Shown in pieces: positions 27,300-40,400 of a stretch of 64,000 nt of DNA. Positions within the stretch are counted from its first letter, which is position 1, and the number at the start of each line of letters is the position of its first letter. The notes beneath the pieces are model-generated. The model worked only from the letters and a program-made list of their open reading frames with translations, was not told the origin of the DNA and did no database searches. The position numbers and the translations under genes are program-made. This DNA is from Cenococcum geophilum (lineage: Eukaryota): the NCBI GenBank assembly GCA_050273025.1, contig CP158635.1, positions 16,740,001 to 16,804,000 on the forward strand, given 5' to 3'.

Positions 27300-30200
27300 A
27301 AAGACAACACCTAAATTTACAAATTAATTAGTAAGATTAGCAGTTTAAGGCGCTAATAAATAGTAGAATAACGTAAAACTATATCTTACTAGTAGCAGTT
27401 AAAAGAATAGGACTACCTTATAAACAAAAGGAGTAACCTTACTTATTAGTTACAATTTTAGGAGATCTAATAACCTATAGAGGAGGGATTATTAATCTTA
27501 AAATAGGACCTATTTAGATAACTATTAAAGGAAAACAAATTAAGATATCTTTTAATATCCTACTATTAGGACGGGACAAGGCAGTATTAGGCATGCCTTA
27601 GTTATAGGAATATAATCTAAAAATTAATTAGATTATAGGTCAGGTCGATATTAAAAATACTTAACGCCGTAAGATATAATAACAAGCTAAATTAGTATAG
27701 TACTAAGTAGGAGCAACCTATAAAGAAATAGAAAAAGGACTAAGTTATATACTAAAGAGATACTATAAGTATAGTAAGAAACTATAGTCACTAAAAAGTA
27801 AAAAGCTGTTAGAATATGCAGTATAGAACTATAAGATAGAATTAGAACCAGGAATAAGTTTAAGGTTCTTTCCAATCTATAAGCTTACCGAAGAAGAAGG
27901 TAGAGCATTAAAAGAGTTTATCTAAGAGAACTTATAAAAGGGATATATTAAACCATCATAGTTATTAGCAGGATATCTAGTACTATTTATACTAAAGAAA
28001 AATAGCAAACTAAGGCTGTGTATTAACTATAGATAGTTAAACAGCATTACTAGAAAGGATAAGTATCTTTTACCCTTAATTAGTAAAATCTAAGACAGGA
28101 TAGGCAATACGCAAATCTTTATAAAGATAGATCTAAGATAGGCGTACCATTAGATTAGGATTAAGGAGGGCAATAAATAAAAGGCAGCCTTTAGGTTAAA
28201 GAAAGGACTATATAAACTATTAGTTATACAATTTAGACTTATAAACGCACTAGCAACGTTTTAGAAGCGTATTAATAATATATTAGGAGAACACTTAAAT
28301 GAATTTGTTATAGTATATCTTAATAATATTATTATCTACTTAATAACTGAGGAAGAATATAGAGAACATATTAAATAGGTCTTAAAAAGACTATAAGAAG
28401 AACAGATGCTAGTAGTAATTAAGAAATACAAGTTCTTTACCAGGAAGACTAATTTTGTTAAATTTATTATTAAACTAGGCTAACTTAGTATAGATCTAAA
28501 GAAGATTAAGGCTATAGTAAATTAGTAGGAACTAGAGAACGTTATACAATTAAGATCGTTCCTAAGGTTTTACAATTACTATAGAAGGTTTATAGCATAG
28601 TAGTTAAAGGATATTAAGCTACTTACGAGGTTAATAAAGAAAGAAGAACTATAGGCATAGGGAGAGGAGCAAAGAGAACTCTTTAAAAAGGTTAAAGAGT
28701 TATTTACCTAAAAGCCAGTTCTTAAGATCTATTAACTAGGACTAGAGACAGTTGTAGAGATAGATATATTAGACTATATACTAGGGGCGTACTTTATATA
28801 AAGGTATTAAGATAGATGGCACCTAGTGGCATACTATAGTCGAAAGATAACACTACTAAAGTTAAACTATAACATCTACAATAAGGAGTTATTAGGTATA
28901 GTTATAGCATTAAAGAAATAGAGAGTATTCTTATAAGGTATAAAGAAACTATTTATAGTTAAAACGGATTATAAGAACCTAATAGAATTTCTAATAATAA
29001 AGGAACTTAACTAAAGATAGGTTAAATGGGTAGAGATGCTTACAGAATACTATTTTAAGATTTAGTATACTAAAGGTACAGATAATACGCGGGCAGATGC
29101 TCTAAGCTATAAAGCTAAACTATAAAATAAGGAAAAGCTATTAGGGGCTTTATTATAAAAAGATATAAACGGATTAATTAGATATAATTATCCAAAAATT
29201 ATAGTAACTTAAAAAGATAATAAACTAGAGAAAGTCTATAAGATACCGGAAAGCTTTTAGGTATAAAGAATTCTAAAAGTATAGCTAGAAGATCTATAGA
29301 TGGATATATACAAAAATTAAGAAGTAAAGTATATCCTAAGAAGTATAGTAGAATAGTTTATGGAAGACTTTTATAAGGGACTAACTTAAGGACATAATAG
29401 AGCTACGGGCTTAGTATTAAGACTCTAAAAGGAGTATATTATTAACGGAATTTAGAGGATAGCTAGAAAAGTTATAAAGGAATATTTAGATTGCTAAAGA
29501 AATAAACTAATAAGGCATAAGCCGTATAGAGGGCTATAACCTATTAAAACACCAGAAAGACTATAGGAGGTTATATTATAGGACTTTATTATTAAGTTAC
29601 TAAAATTAAGAAATCCTATTACCGGATAAGATTATAACGCGATTTTAATAATAATAGATAAGCTTATAAAGTGGGGATACTTTATAGCCTATATAGAAGA
29701 AATATCAGCGGAAGATATTGCTAGAATCTATATTAAAGAAGTGTTTATAAGATATAGAGCACTAAGTAAAATTATATTAGATAGAGATCTAAGATTTATA
29801 GCAGCATTTTAGGAAGTATTCTTAGCAGAGTAAGGAGTTTAAGCAGTAACTTTTACCGTATACTATCTATAGACAGACAGTTAAACGAAAAGATTAAATT
29901 AGACGCTAGAGCAGTATCTAAGGTATTATGTTAATTATATATAGAATAATTAGGTATTACTATTACTAATTATATAGTTTATATATAATATAACACCTTA
30001 AGAAGGAATAGGCATATTACTATTTAAGGCAAATTACGGATATAAGCTAAGAATATTATTATTACTATAATAAGCGAAGAAAATAAGTAGTATAGTTAAA
30101 GAAAGAATAAAGACATTAATAAATCTTTATGCAGACCTTATAGAATTAGTAAAGAAAGTATAAGAAAGAATAAAAAAGTACTATAATACTAAGAGATCTA

Positions 30201-30620
30201 AGGGACCAGATCTTAAGGAGGGAGATAAAGTATGGCTACTATATAAAAATTTTAAGAGTCGACGGCTAAGTAAGAAGTTAGACTACGTTAAACTAGGACC
30301 TTTTAAAATTATATAAAAGATTTCACCGGTTACGTTTAAGTTAAATATATTAGCTAAAATAAAGATCTACCCTATATAGTATATTGCAATGCTAGAGCCA
30401 GTATATAGGAATGTTAAGCCACCGGTTTATAAAGCAGACATATATAAAGGATAAGAAGAAGACAAATAGTAAGTATTAAAGATCGTTAATTATAAGGACA
30501 TTAACGACGAAATATAGTATAAGGTTAAGTAAATAGGCTATACTAAGACTACCTAGGAGCCACTAAAGAATTTAAAAAACGCTATAGGAAAGGTATAGGA
30601 GTATTAGAAGAGATTAGGTT
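27300..30620 (+). pseudogene. RIP-inactivated pol of copy 1 (protease-RT-RNase H-integrase-chromodomain)
   Basis: ALINSRIT (de-RIPed ALxDSGA) at ~27349, YLNNIIIY at ~28316, YNIYNKELL at ~28868, YLQTDSQTKRLN-like integrase motif at ~29864, YKVK*IGY chromodomain at ~30518. Boundaries approximate. Confidence 0.9.
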
Positions 30621-31254
30621 AGGCAGTATTAATAAAGAAGGATTACTAAAGAATAAGTTACCTAAGGGGGACCTAAGAAGAGCAGTTACTAAACTACTTA
30701 GATCTATTTCCTTCTCTATTAGAGAAAAGTCCGTTTTTTTATCGCCTAGTTTCTATAAACCTTATTTTACAAGTTTCTACTCCTTAGAATGTACCTTCTC
30801 GCGCACCTTCTTAAGATGGATTAACTAAGCGGAAGTAGCCAAACAAGAGTCTAGAGTACGTTATTAAGCATTAGCGGCCTCTCTTTTAGTATCCTAAGAA
30901 CGACGAAGTTCAACTAAAGCAACTAATAGCTCGTTATTAAGTTTCGCAGCGGCAGATTAAATATAAGACCCTAAGACAAATTAATTAGGGAACTAGAAGA
31001 CTATTAAGAGTCATAGGACGCGTATACTTAGCGTTAGAAGTAGAGCGAATATCGTAGGATAATTGTATATTTGCTTTAGTGCACTCTAAATAAGAGGATG
31101 GTTATTAAGACAAAGGACTTACTAGCGCGATATAGACTAACCCCTTTTTTAAATAACGAGAACACGGAGACGGTATAATTTCACTAAAAGATAGTATTAT
31201 AGTAACGGTATAAGACTAATAAACTATAGAAGAGGATAAAGGAGCCTTAGGCAT
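30590..31254 (-). pseudogene. Antisense accessory gene in the 3' region of family-A copy 1 (Cys-cluster plus coiled coil, putative 55-nt intron)
   Basis: ATG at 31254. Reads ...PCSRYLKKGLVYIA...SSYLECTKANIQLSYDI; then a CTAAT...TAG intron; then AAAKLNNELLVALVELRRS...; 3' end approximate. Confidence 0.6.
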
Positions 31255-34200
31255 TATAAGTAACGATATTAACTAAATTAATTAGACGGATATTACACCT
31301 CTAGTAAATAACTTAGAGATATTAGGAATCTTTAAGGACAAAGATAAAGAGAAGGGAGATAGTATTACGGACGCTTTAAGTACAATATTATAACTACTTA
31401 GAGAAGAGACGGAAGAAGCTAGTTAGTTAATTTAGGTACGGTCTAGGATAGAGCTAATAGAACCATATAACGAGGAATGGTAATTAGGTTACGTGATGTA
31501 ATCTATATAATCTATATAATCTGTATAATCTGCAATAGAGTAGATAAAGCAGACAGAGTAGATAGAGTAATAACTTTCTTAGGAGTACGGATGTGTATTT
31601 AAAGGACCACAGTCCCTACCTAGATAGTTCCTTTCCTTGTAGTGATTCTTAGAATATAATTAGAGTTAATCTATTAGGCAACCACTCTACCAGTTATTAT
31701 TACGTTGTTGACTTTTATACTTGCATTTCCTACACACCTAGCCCAATAACGAGCCTATTGTAGTTCTTGCTACAAGGTTCCGTTACACTATACTTCTATT
31801 TAAAGATAGACTACTATTATAGTATAGCTTTCTATCTATAAATGGACGGGTAAATAAAACGCTAGAACTAGGAACTAGAGTCTTACCTACAGATATATTT
31901 AAACTACTAGTAAGATAACTAGTATAAGCTACTTCCGTATGTGGAGTACGCTTATAATTTAAAGTAATATATATTATATAAGTATACACCAATCTAAATT
32001 GCCTATAGCGTTTAACTATTTAGGTTTAATAGTATACCTAACAATTACTGGCTAAGGCCGTATAATTAGTTATAGAATTCTACTAGGAAGTTTAAGGATA
32101 TCTACTAGAGAGTATAAGGATACCTCTAGGAATGGGAGGAGTAATGGAAGTATACGAAGCAGAGCCTATAAGATGCCTAAGAGTAGCAGAGACTTTAGTA
32201 TAACTGTAAGTACTAGGATAAGCATTTCGGAGTAGGCGATAAGGTTCTATTATATTTAACAAATATTAAGACCCGTTAACTATTAAAGAAGCTTAATATA
32301 AGATACCTAGGTTGTTACGGACGCTTTAAGTACAATATTATAACTACTTAAAGAAGAGTCGGAAGAAGCTAGTTAGTTAATCTAAGCACGGTCTAGAATA
32401 GAGCCAATAGAACTATATAATAAGGAATGGTAACTAAGGTTATATAATATAATCTATATAATCTATACAATCTATAGAATCCGTAATAGAGTAGATAGAG
32501 CATACGTATATTACGTATAAGAAGGATTTTATAGGAGTACGGTTGTGTATTTAAGGACCCTTAGTCCCTATCTAGATAGTTCCTTCCTTATAGTAATTCT
32601 TAGAATACAATTAGAGTTAATCTATTAGGCAACCACTCCACTAGTTATTATTATGTTGTTAACTTTAATTTATATTACCTACACACCTAGCCTAATAACG
32701 AGCCTATTATAGTTCCTGCTATAAGGTTTTATTATATAATCACTACCTAGTTACGGTATTAAATACAAAAAGTTAAACAATATGCCACCAAAAGCAGCCA
32801 CCACCACAACGCCATTAACGGCAGCAACTACTTTAAGGTTAGGTAACACTAGTATGGCAGATACTAACTTACAGCAATCTATAACGGTTAGACAGTTACA
32901 AGAAGTAATTAACCAGTTAATAGCTAATAATGCAGTATTAGAAGAATGGGTTAATGGGATTAGAGCAGTAAAGGTTAAGTTACTATTAATTAAAAGATTC
33001 TTAGGAGAAAGATTAAAGCTTAAAAGATTCCTTACGTAAATGCACTTTAAAGTAATGTAGAAAAGAGCTAAGCTACTAATACCTATGGATTGAATAGCCT
33101 ATATAGGACTATTCCTATTAGGAAGAGCACTTAAGTGGTTTAAGCCTTACCTTATAGAAATACAGATAAATGAAATAACGACCACTAATTAGGAGGTGCG
33201 GTTTATATTCTTAAGCTAGGAAGGATTCGCAGAGCAACTTATATAAATGTTTGGAGACCTAGAGGCAGTAACTATAGCGGAAAGAAAACTCCAAGATATT
33301 ACGTAATAAACTTTAGTAATTAAGTATATAATATAGTTCCAGATGTTAGCGATATAAATAAAGTGGAATAATAAGGCGCTTATGGCATAGTATAAATAGG
33401 GATTTAAGGCTAAAGTCTAGGACGCGATTATTCTAATAGAAGATGCGGATACCCTACGGGATTTAATAGATTAGGTAATTAAGATTAATAATTAGATCTA
33501 CTAAAGGGAACAAACTAAGAAAGGTTAGGATGGAGTTCTATAGTTGTATAAGACGTAAAGTACATAACGACTAAAGCCGAATTAGAAACTATAGTATAGC
33601 GTAAAGCTAATAGACCTAAGTAGTACTAGAGAAGCTTATAAGAGATAGAGTAAGAAACTATAGAAACCTAGAGGTTAAGGATCTAGTAATTACAGGACTA
33701 AGGAATAAAGGCTAAACTAGGGATCTTAGTAGTAGAAGACGTTTAGGCGGACTCTATAATAAAGTTAATAGTTTAAAGACGGAGCTTATATAAATTGCGG
33801 GAAATAAGGTCATTTCGCGAGGGATTATAAAGATGGTTAGAGTTACCATATAATAAAGGGAATAAGACTAATAGTAGAAGATACATACGTATAGAGGGAT
33901 AATAGTATACTGCAAGGAACAAAAGAATATTTAATTAGAAGTTTCGCGTTTTGTTATAATAACGCATACCAAATTTATAAAGACGCTAAGTATAGCGTAA
34001 GCTATTAGCCATAGGAGCTAAAATCCTTAAATTATAGGGGAACCAATAAACCAGTTCGCAGATCGGATATTAAGGACAATAATTTCGACGTAGGCGAAAC
34101 ATTTTATAATAATAAGGTAATAAAAGTAGCTTACTAGAAGTATATAGACCTTAGAGATATTATAATAGAGGTGGAGGATAATTCCACTATAGAATAGGGA

Positions 34201-35429
34201 ATATTAGTAGGGATTAAGACCCTACTAGACACGATATCTATCGCTTTATAAGATATAAAAGAAGTAGAACAGCAAACCACTTTAGTACTTAGTAAAGGCA
34301 AAAGGCCAAAGGCTTAAGATTCTTAAAATGAGATAAGAGACGACTAAGATTCTTAAGATAAGATAAAATAAGCTTAAGGACCTACAACAAACAAAAACTG
34401 ATGGAGTAGAGCAGTAGCTTAGTTTAAAGATATACGAATAAGCTTAGGATAGAGTTTCCTATAGGCATAAGATTTTTAAGACGAGATAAGTAAGATTTAA
34501 GACTCTTAAGATAAGATAAGAACACTAAATAAGCCTAGTTAGACTAAGGCTAGAGCTAAGCTTAAGTTAGAAGCGAGCTTAGGATTAAAGAATTTAAGGG
34601 ACTAAGAATTCAGAGTATAAATAAGGATACCTATAAGTAAGAAGCAAGCGGCTTCTTTATAGATTAGAGAATTTATAGTATAAATAGCAACTAAACTAGG
34701 AGACAGATATATAGACTTAGAGGACTTACTCGAAGAACGCAGTGTTTGGCCTAAAGATTAAAAAGTTAATACTAAGATTAAGAAGTAAGATAACTTTAAG
34801 GATCTAAGCGCGAGACGTAAACCAAAAGAAACCATAAAAGAGTTTAGGTAAAGAATTATCGCATAGCAAGAATAGAAACTAGATAAGAGATCTAGTATAT
34901 TAGGACGTATAAGGGACAGAGTACTAGTACAAAGAATCACTAATAGGCCTAGAATAGGCACACTAAGAGCTAAGTGGCTTATTAAATTGGAAAACGAAGA
35001 GGATCTAGGAATTCCTACTAGGTTTAAAAAACGGCACATAAAAGGCTATTATAATGCAGTAATAAGAAGATACTTCCTTATAGACAAGCCGTATATACTC
35101 TAGCAGCTATACTAAAAGTAGTATAGGCAACGATATAACAATAAGTGGGAAGATTTCTATATATAGTTGGACAAAAAAGTTATCTAAGACTACCCAATTA
35201 TAGAAAAGGCCATAAACTATATTAAAGGAGCCTTAATTATAATATTAAAGAATTTAGAGGAATGATTAGAGAACTAAAAAAGTAAAAGATATATCTTAGT
35301 ACCTGCAAACAAAGTCACAACGTTTAGATTAGCACGGTAGAGGTTTAAACTTAAGGGTAAAGACGAGCTAAGAGTTAACCTAAAGCACCTAGTATACTAT
35401 ACGCTATCATAGGTTATATATATAGATAA

Positions 35430-35666
35430 TATAAGCTTTACAGTATAGGAGAATTAAATGAACGACTTAATTATAAATGGAGGTCTAAAGGGTCTATATA
35501 TATATATAAGGAAGGTATAGATAATAAGATAAGAAAGGAGCAATTGACCAAGTCATTAACCGAGTCAGTAGTCGAGTCGGTGGCTCGAGTCGGTAAACGA
35601 GTTAAGGTAAGCGAGTCGTTAAATAAGTCAAGGGTAGGCTTAGGAGAGCACCAATAGTCGGTTATA
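35430..35666. mobile_element. Solo LTR of an otherwise unrepresented family (237 bp)
   Basis: Absent from copies 1 and 3 at the homologous position. TSD GATAA at 35425-35429 and 35667-35671. Termini TATAA...TTATA (RIP form of TGTAA...TTACA). Confidence 0.85.
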
Positions 35667-37413
35667 GATAATATATACAAAATACACAGAAATTTAAAGG
35701 AAAAGAATTAGAAATACCTTATAAGAATATATTAAATAACAGATAAGCAATAATATAGAAATACTAAGTATATATATGGTTAGCATCTAGTAGAAGTTTA
35801 GGAGTTAGGAGACTTAATACTTTAACTAGGAAGATTCCTTACGGAAGAATACCTAGATAGATAATAGTGGTAGAAATGTCTAAAAAATACGTGTTTATAG
35901 TATATTAAAGATAAAAAGCAAACTAAGTATTAGCCTAAGTTGGACTAAGTATAAATAGGATTAAGCAGCTAATAGTTAGGAAAAGTAGAGACTTATAAAA
36001 CTAGAGACTTATAAAACTAGAGGGAACTAGTAGTAGAGCCTTAGACCCTTAAAGGAATTTAAGGACAACACCTAAATTTATAAGTTAAGTAGTAAGATTA
36101 ATAGTTTAAGGCGCTAATAGATAGTGGAGCAATAAGGAACTATATCTCGCCAACAGCAGTTAAAAGGATGGGTTTACTATATAGGAAAAAGGAGCACCCT
36201 TACCTATTAGTAATAATTTTAGGAGATCCAATAGCCTATAGAGGCATTATTAATCTTAAAATAGGACCTATTTAGCTAACCATTAAAGGGAGATAAATTA
36301 AGATGTCTTTTAATATATTACTATTAGGGAACGATAAGGCAGTACTAGGAATGCCTTAGTTATAGGAATACAATCTAAAGATCGATTAGGTTACAGGTTA
36401 GGTTAATATTAGAGATACTTAACGCTATAAGATGTAATAACAAGCTAAAATAGTATAGTACTAAGTCGGAGCGATATATAAAGAGACTAAGCGAGGCTTA
36501 AGTTATATACCAAAGAGATACTATAAGTATAGTAAGAAACTATAGTTACTAAAGAGTAAGAAGCTGTTAAAGTATATAGTATAGGACTATAAGATAAAAT
36601 TAGAACTAGAAATAAGTTTAAGGTTTTTTCTAATCTATAAGCTTACCAAAAAGGAAGGTAGAGCATTAAAAGAGTTTATCTAGGAAAATCTATAAAAGGG
36701 ATATATTAGACCATCGCAGTTATTAGCGGGTTATCTAATACTATTCGTACTAAAAAAAAGTGGCAAACTAAGACTATATGTTAACTATAGGCAGTTAAAT
36801 AGTATCACTAGAAAGAATAGGTATTCTTTACCCTTAATTAGCGAGATTTGAGACAGGATAGGTAACGCGTAAATCTTTACAAAGATAGATTTAAGATAGG
36901 CGTACCATTAGATTAGAATTAAGGAAGGTAATAAATAGAAGGCAGCCTTTAGGTTAAAGGAAGGACTATATAAACTATTAGTTATATAATTTAGGCTTAT
37001 AAACATACCAGTAACGTTCTAGAAGCGTATTAATAATATATTAGGAGAATACTTAGATGAATTTATTATGGTATACTTTAATAATATTATTATCTACTTA
37101 ATAACTAAGGAAGAATATAGGGAATACGTTAAATGGGTTTTAAAGAGACTATAAGAAGAATAGATGCTAGTAATAATTAAGAAATACGAGTTCTTTACTA
37201 GGAAGACCGATTTTATTAGATTTATTATTAAACTAGGCCAACTTAGCATAGATCTAAAAAAGATTAAGGCTATAGTGAATTAGTAAGAACCAGAGAACGT
37301 TACGTAGTTAAGATCGTTTTTAGGGGTTTGCAATTACTACAGAAGGTTTATAGCGTAATAGTTAAAAAATATTAAACTATTTACGCGATTAATAAAGAAA
37401 GAAGAACTATAGG

Positions 37414-40400
37414 TGTTACGGACGCTTTAAGTACAATATTACGACTACTTGGAGAAGAGTTGAAAGAAGCTAGTTGGTTAATTTAAGCACGGTCTAGGAT
37501 AGAGCCGATAGAACTATGTAACGAGGAATGGTAATTAAGGTCATATAATGTGCTACATATTAAATAAAAGAAACGAGAGGAACTTACGTACCTTATGTAT
37601 AAGACGTATATCACGTATAAGAAGGATTTTATAGGAGTACGGTTATGTATTTAAGGACCCTTAGTCCCTACCTAGATAGTTCCTTCCTTATAGTAATTCT
37701 TAGAATATAATTAGAGTTAATCTGTTAGGCAACCACTCCACTAGTTATTATTACGTTGTTAACTTTAACTTATATTACCTATATACCTAGCCTAATAATA
37801 GGACCCACCGTAGTTCTTGCTATAAGGTTCCGTTATACAATTACTACCTAGTTATAGTATTAAGTATAGAAAGTTAAATAATATGCCGCTAAAAGCAGCC
37901 ACTATAACGCCATTGACGGCGGCAACTACATTAGGGTTAGGTAATAACACCAGTATAGCAGACACTAACTTATAGCAACCTGTAACGGTCGGACAACTAT
38001 AAGAGATAGTCGACCAGCTAATAGAAAATAATATAACGTTAGAAAATAGGATTAACGGGATAGGCGCAGTAAAGGTTAAGTTACTATTAATCGAAAAATA
38101 CTTAGGAGGGAGATTAAAGCTTAAAGAATTCCTTACGTAAATGCACTTTAAGGTCGCGTAAGAGGGAGCTAAGCTGGCAACACCTATAGATTAAATAGTA
38201 TACGCAGGATTGTTCTTAATAGGAAGAGCACTTAAATAGTTTAAGCTTTACCTTATAGAAATCTAGGTAAACGGAATAATAACTACGAACTAAGAGGTAC
38301 GGTTTATATTCTTAAGCTGGAATGGATTTATAGAGCGACTTATATAAATATTCGGAGAGCTAGAGGCAGTAACTATAGCGGAAAGAAAACTCTAAGATAT
38401 TACATAACAAACCTTAGTAATTAAGTATATAATATAGTTCCAGACGTTAGTAATATAAGTTAAGTGGAATAATAGGGCGCTTATGGCATAGTATAAATAG
38501 GGACTTAAGGCTAAAGTTTAGGACGCGATTATCCTAATAGAAGATGCGGATACCCTAAGGAAACTAATAGATTAAGTAATTAAGATTAATAATTAGATCT
38601 ACTAAAGGGAACAGGCTAAGAGAGCTTAGGATAGAGTTCTATAGTTATATAAGGCGTAGAGTACGCAATAACTAAAGCTAAGTTAGAAACTATGGTATAG
38701 CGTAGAGCTAATAGACCTAAGTGGTACTAAAGAAGCCTATAAGAGATGGAGTAAGAAACTATAGAAACCTAGAGGATAAGGATTAAGTAATTAAAGGTTT
38801 AAGGAGTAGAGGCCAAACTAGGGATCTTAATAGTAGAAGATATTTAGGCGGACTCTATAGCAAGAAAGATAGTTTAGGGAAGGGGCTTATATAAATTACG
38901 GAAAATAAGGTCACTTTGTAAGGGATTATAAAGATAGTTAGAAGTACTATGCAATAAAGGGAACTAGACTAACGGTAGATAATATATATGTATAGAGGGA
39001 TAATAATATACTGCAAGGAATAAAAGAGTGTTTAATTAAAAGTTTTGCGTTCTGTTATAATAACGCATACTAAATTTATAAGGACGCTAAGTATGGCGTA
39101 AGCTATTAGCTATAGGAGCTAATACCTATAGAATATAGAGGAACTAATAAACCAGTTTGCAGATCGGATATTAAGGACGATGAATTTAACATAGCCGAAA
39201 TATTTCGTGATAATAAGGCAATAAGGGCGGTTTACTAGGAACACGCAGCCATTAAAGATATTATACTAGAAGTAGAGGATAATTCCACTATAAAATAGGG
39301 AATATTAGTAGGGATTAAGACCCTACTAGATATAATATCTATCGCTTTATAAGACGTAAGAGAAGTAAGATAGCGAACTACTTTAGCACTTAATAAAGGC
39401 AAAAGGCCATAGGCTTAAGATTCTTAAGATAAGATAAGAGACGACCAAGATTCTTAAGACGAGATAAGGTAAGCTTAAGGACCTATAATAGATAATAACC
39501 AATGGAGTAGAGTAGTAGCTTAGTTTAGTAATATACGAATAAGCTTAGGACGAAGTTTCCTATCGGTATAAGATAAGTAAAATTTAAGACTCTTAAGACG
39601 AGATAAGAACACTAAGTAAGCCTAGTTAGACTAAGGCTAAAGCTAAGCTTAAGTTAGAAGTAAGCTTAGGATTAACAAATCTAAGGGGTTAAGAATTTGG
39701 AGTATAAATTAGGATACCTATAGGTAAGAAGTAAGGGGCTTCTTTATAGATTAGAGAATCTATAATGCAAACAGTAACTAAATAAGGAGACAGAAATATA
39801 GACCTAAAAGACTTACTAGTAGAATACAGTGTTTAGACTAAAGATTAAAAAGTTAATATTAAGATTAAAAAGTAAAAGAACTTTAAGAATTAGAGCGCAA
39901 GATATAAACCAAAAGAAACTATAGAAGAGTTTAGGTAAAGAATTATCGTATAGTAAGAATAGAAACTAGATAAGAGATCTAGTATATTAGGATGTATAAA
40001 GGACAAAGCGCTAGTATAAAGAATTACTAATAGGCCTAGGGTAGGTATACTAAGAGCTAAGTGGCTTACCGAACTAGAAAATAAAGAGGATTTAGGAATT
40101 TTTACTAGGTTTAAGAAATAATATATAAAGGGCTATTATAATATAGTAATAAGAAGATACTTCCTTATGGACAAGCCGTATATACTCCAGTAGCTGTACT
40201 AAAAGTGATATAGGTAGAGGTACAACGATAAGTGGGAAGATTTCTATATATGGTTAGATAAAAGAGTTATTTAAAACTACCCGATTATAGAAAAGGCTAT
40301 AACTTATATTAAGGGAGCCTTAATTATAACGTTAAAGGATTTAGAGGAATGATTAGAGGACTAGAGAAGTAAAGGACGCATCTTAGTACCTGCGAAGAAA

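Larger units (their letters stand above)
23816..31787 (+). mobile_element. Full-length family-A Gypsy chromovirus, copy 1 (7972 bp), inserted in the integrase of D
   Basis: 425-bp LTRs at 23816-24240 and 31363-31787; TSD CTATA at 23811-23815 and 31788-31792; PPT just before 31363. Confidence 0.97.
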
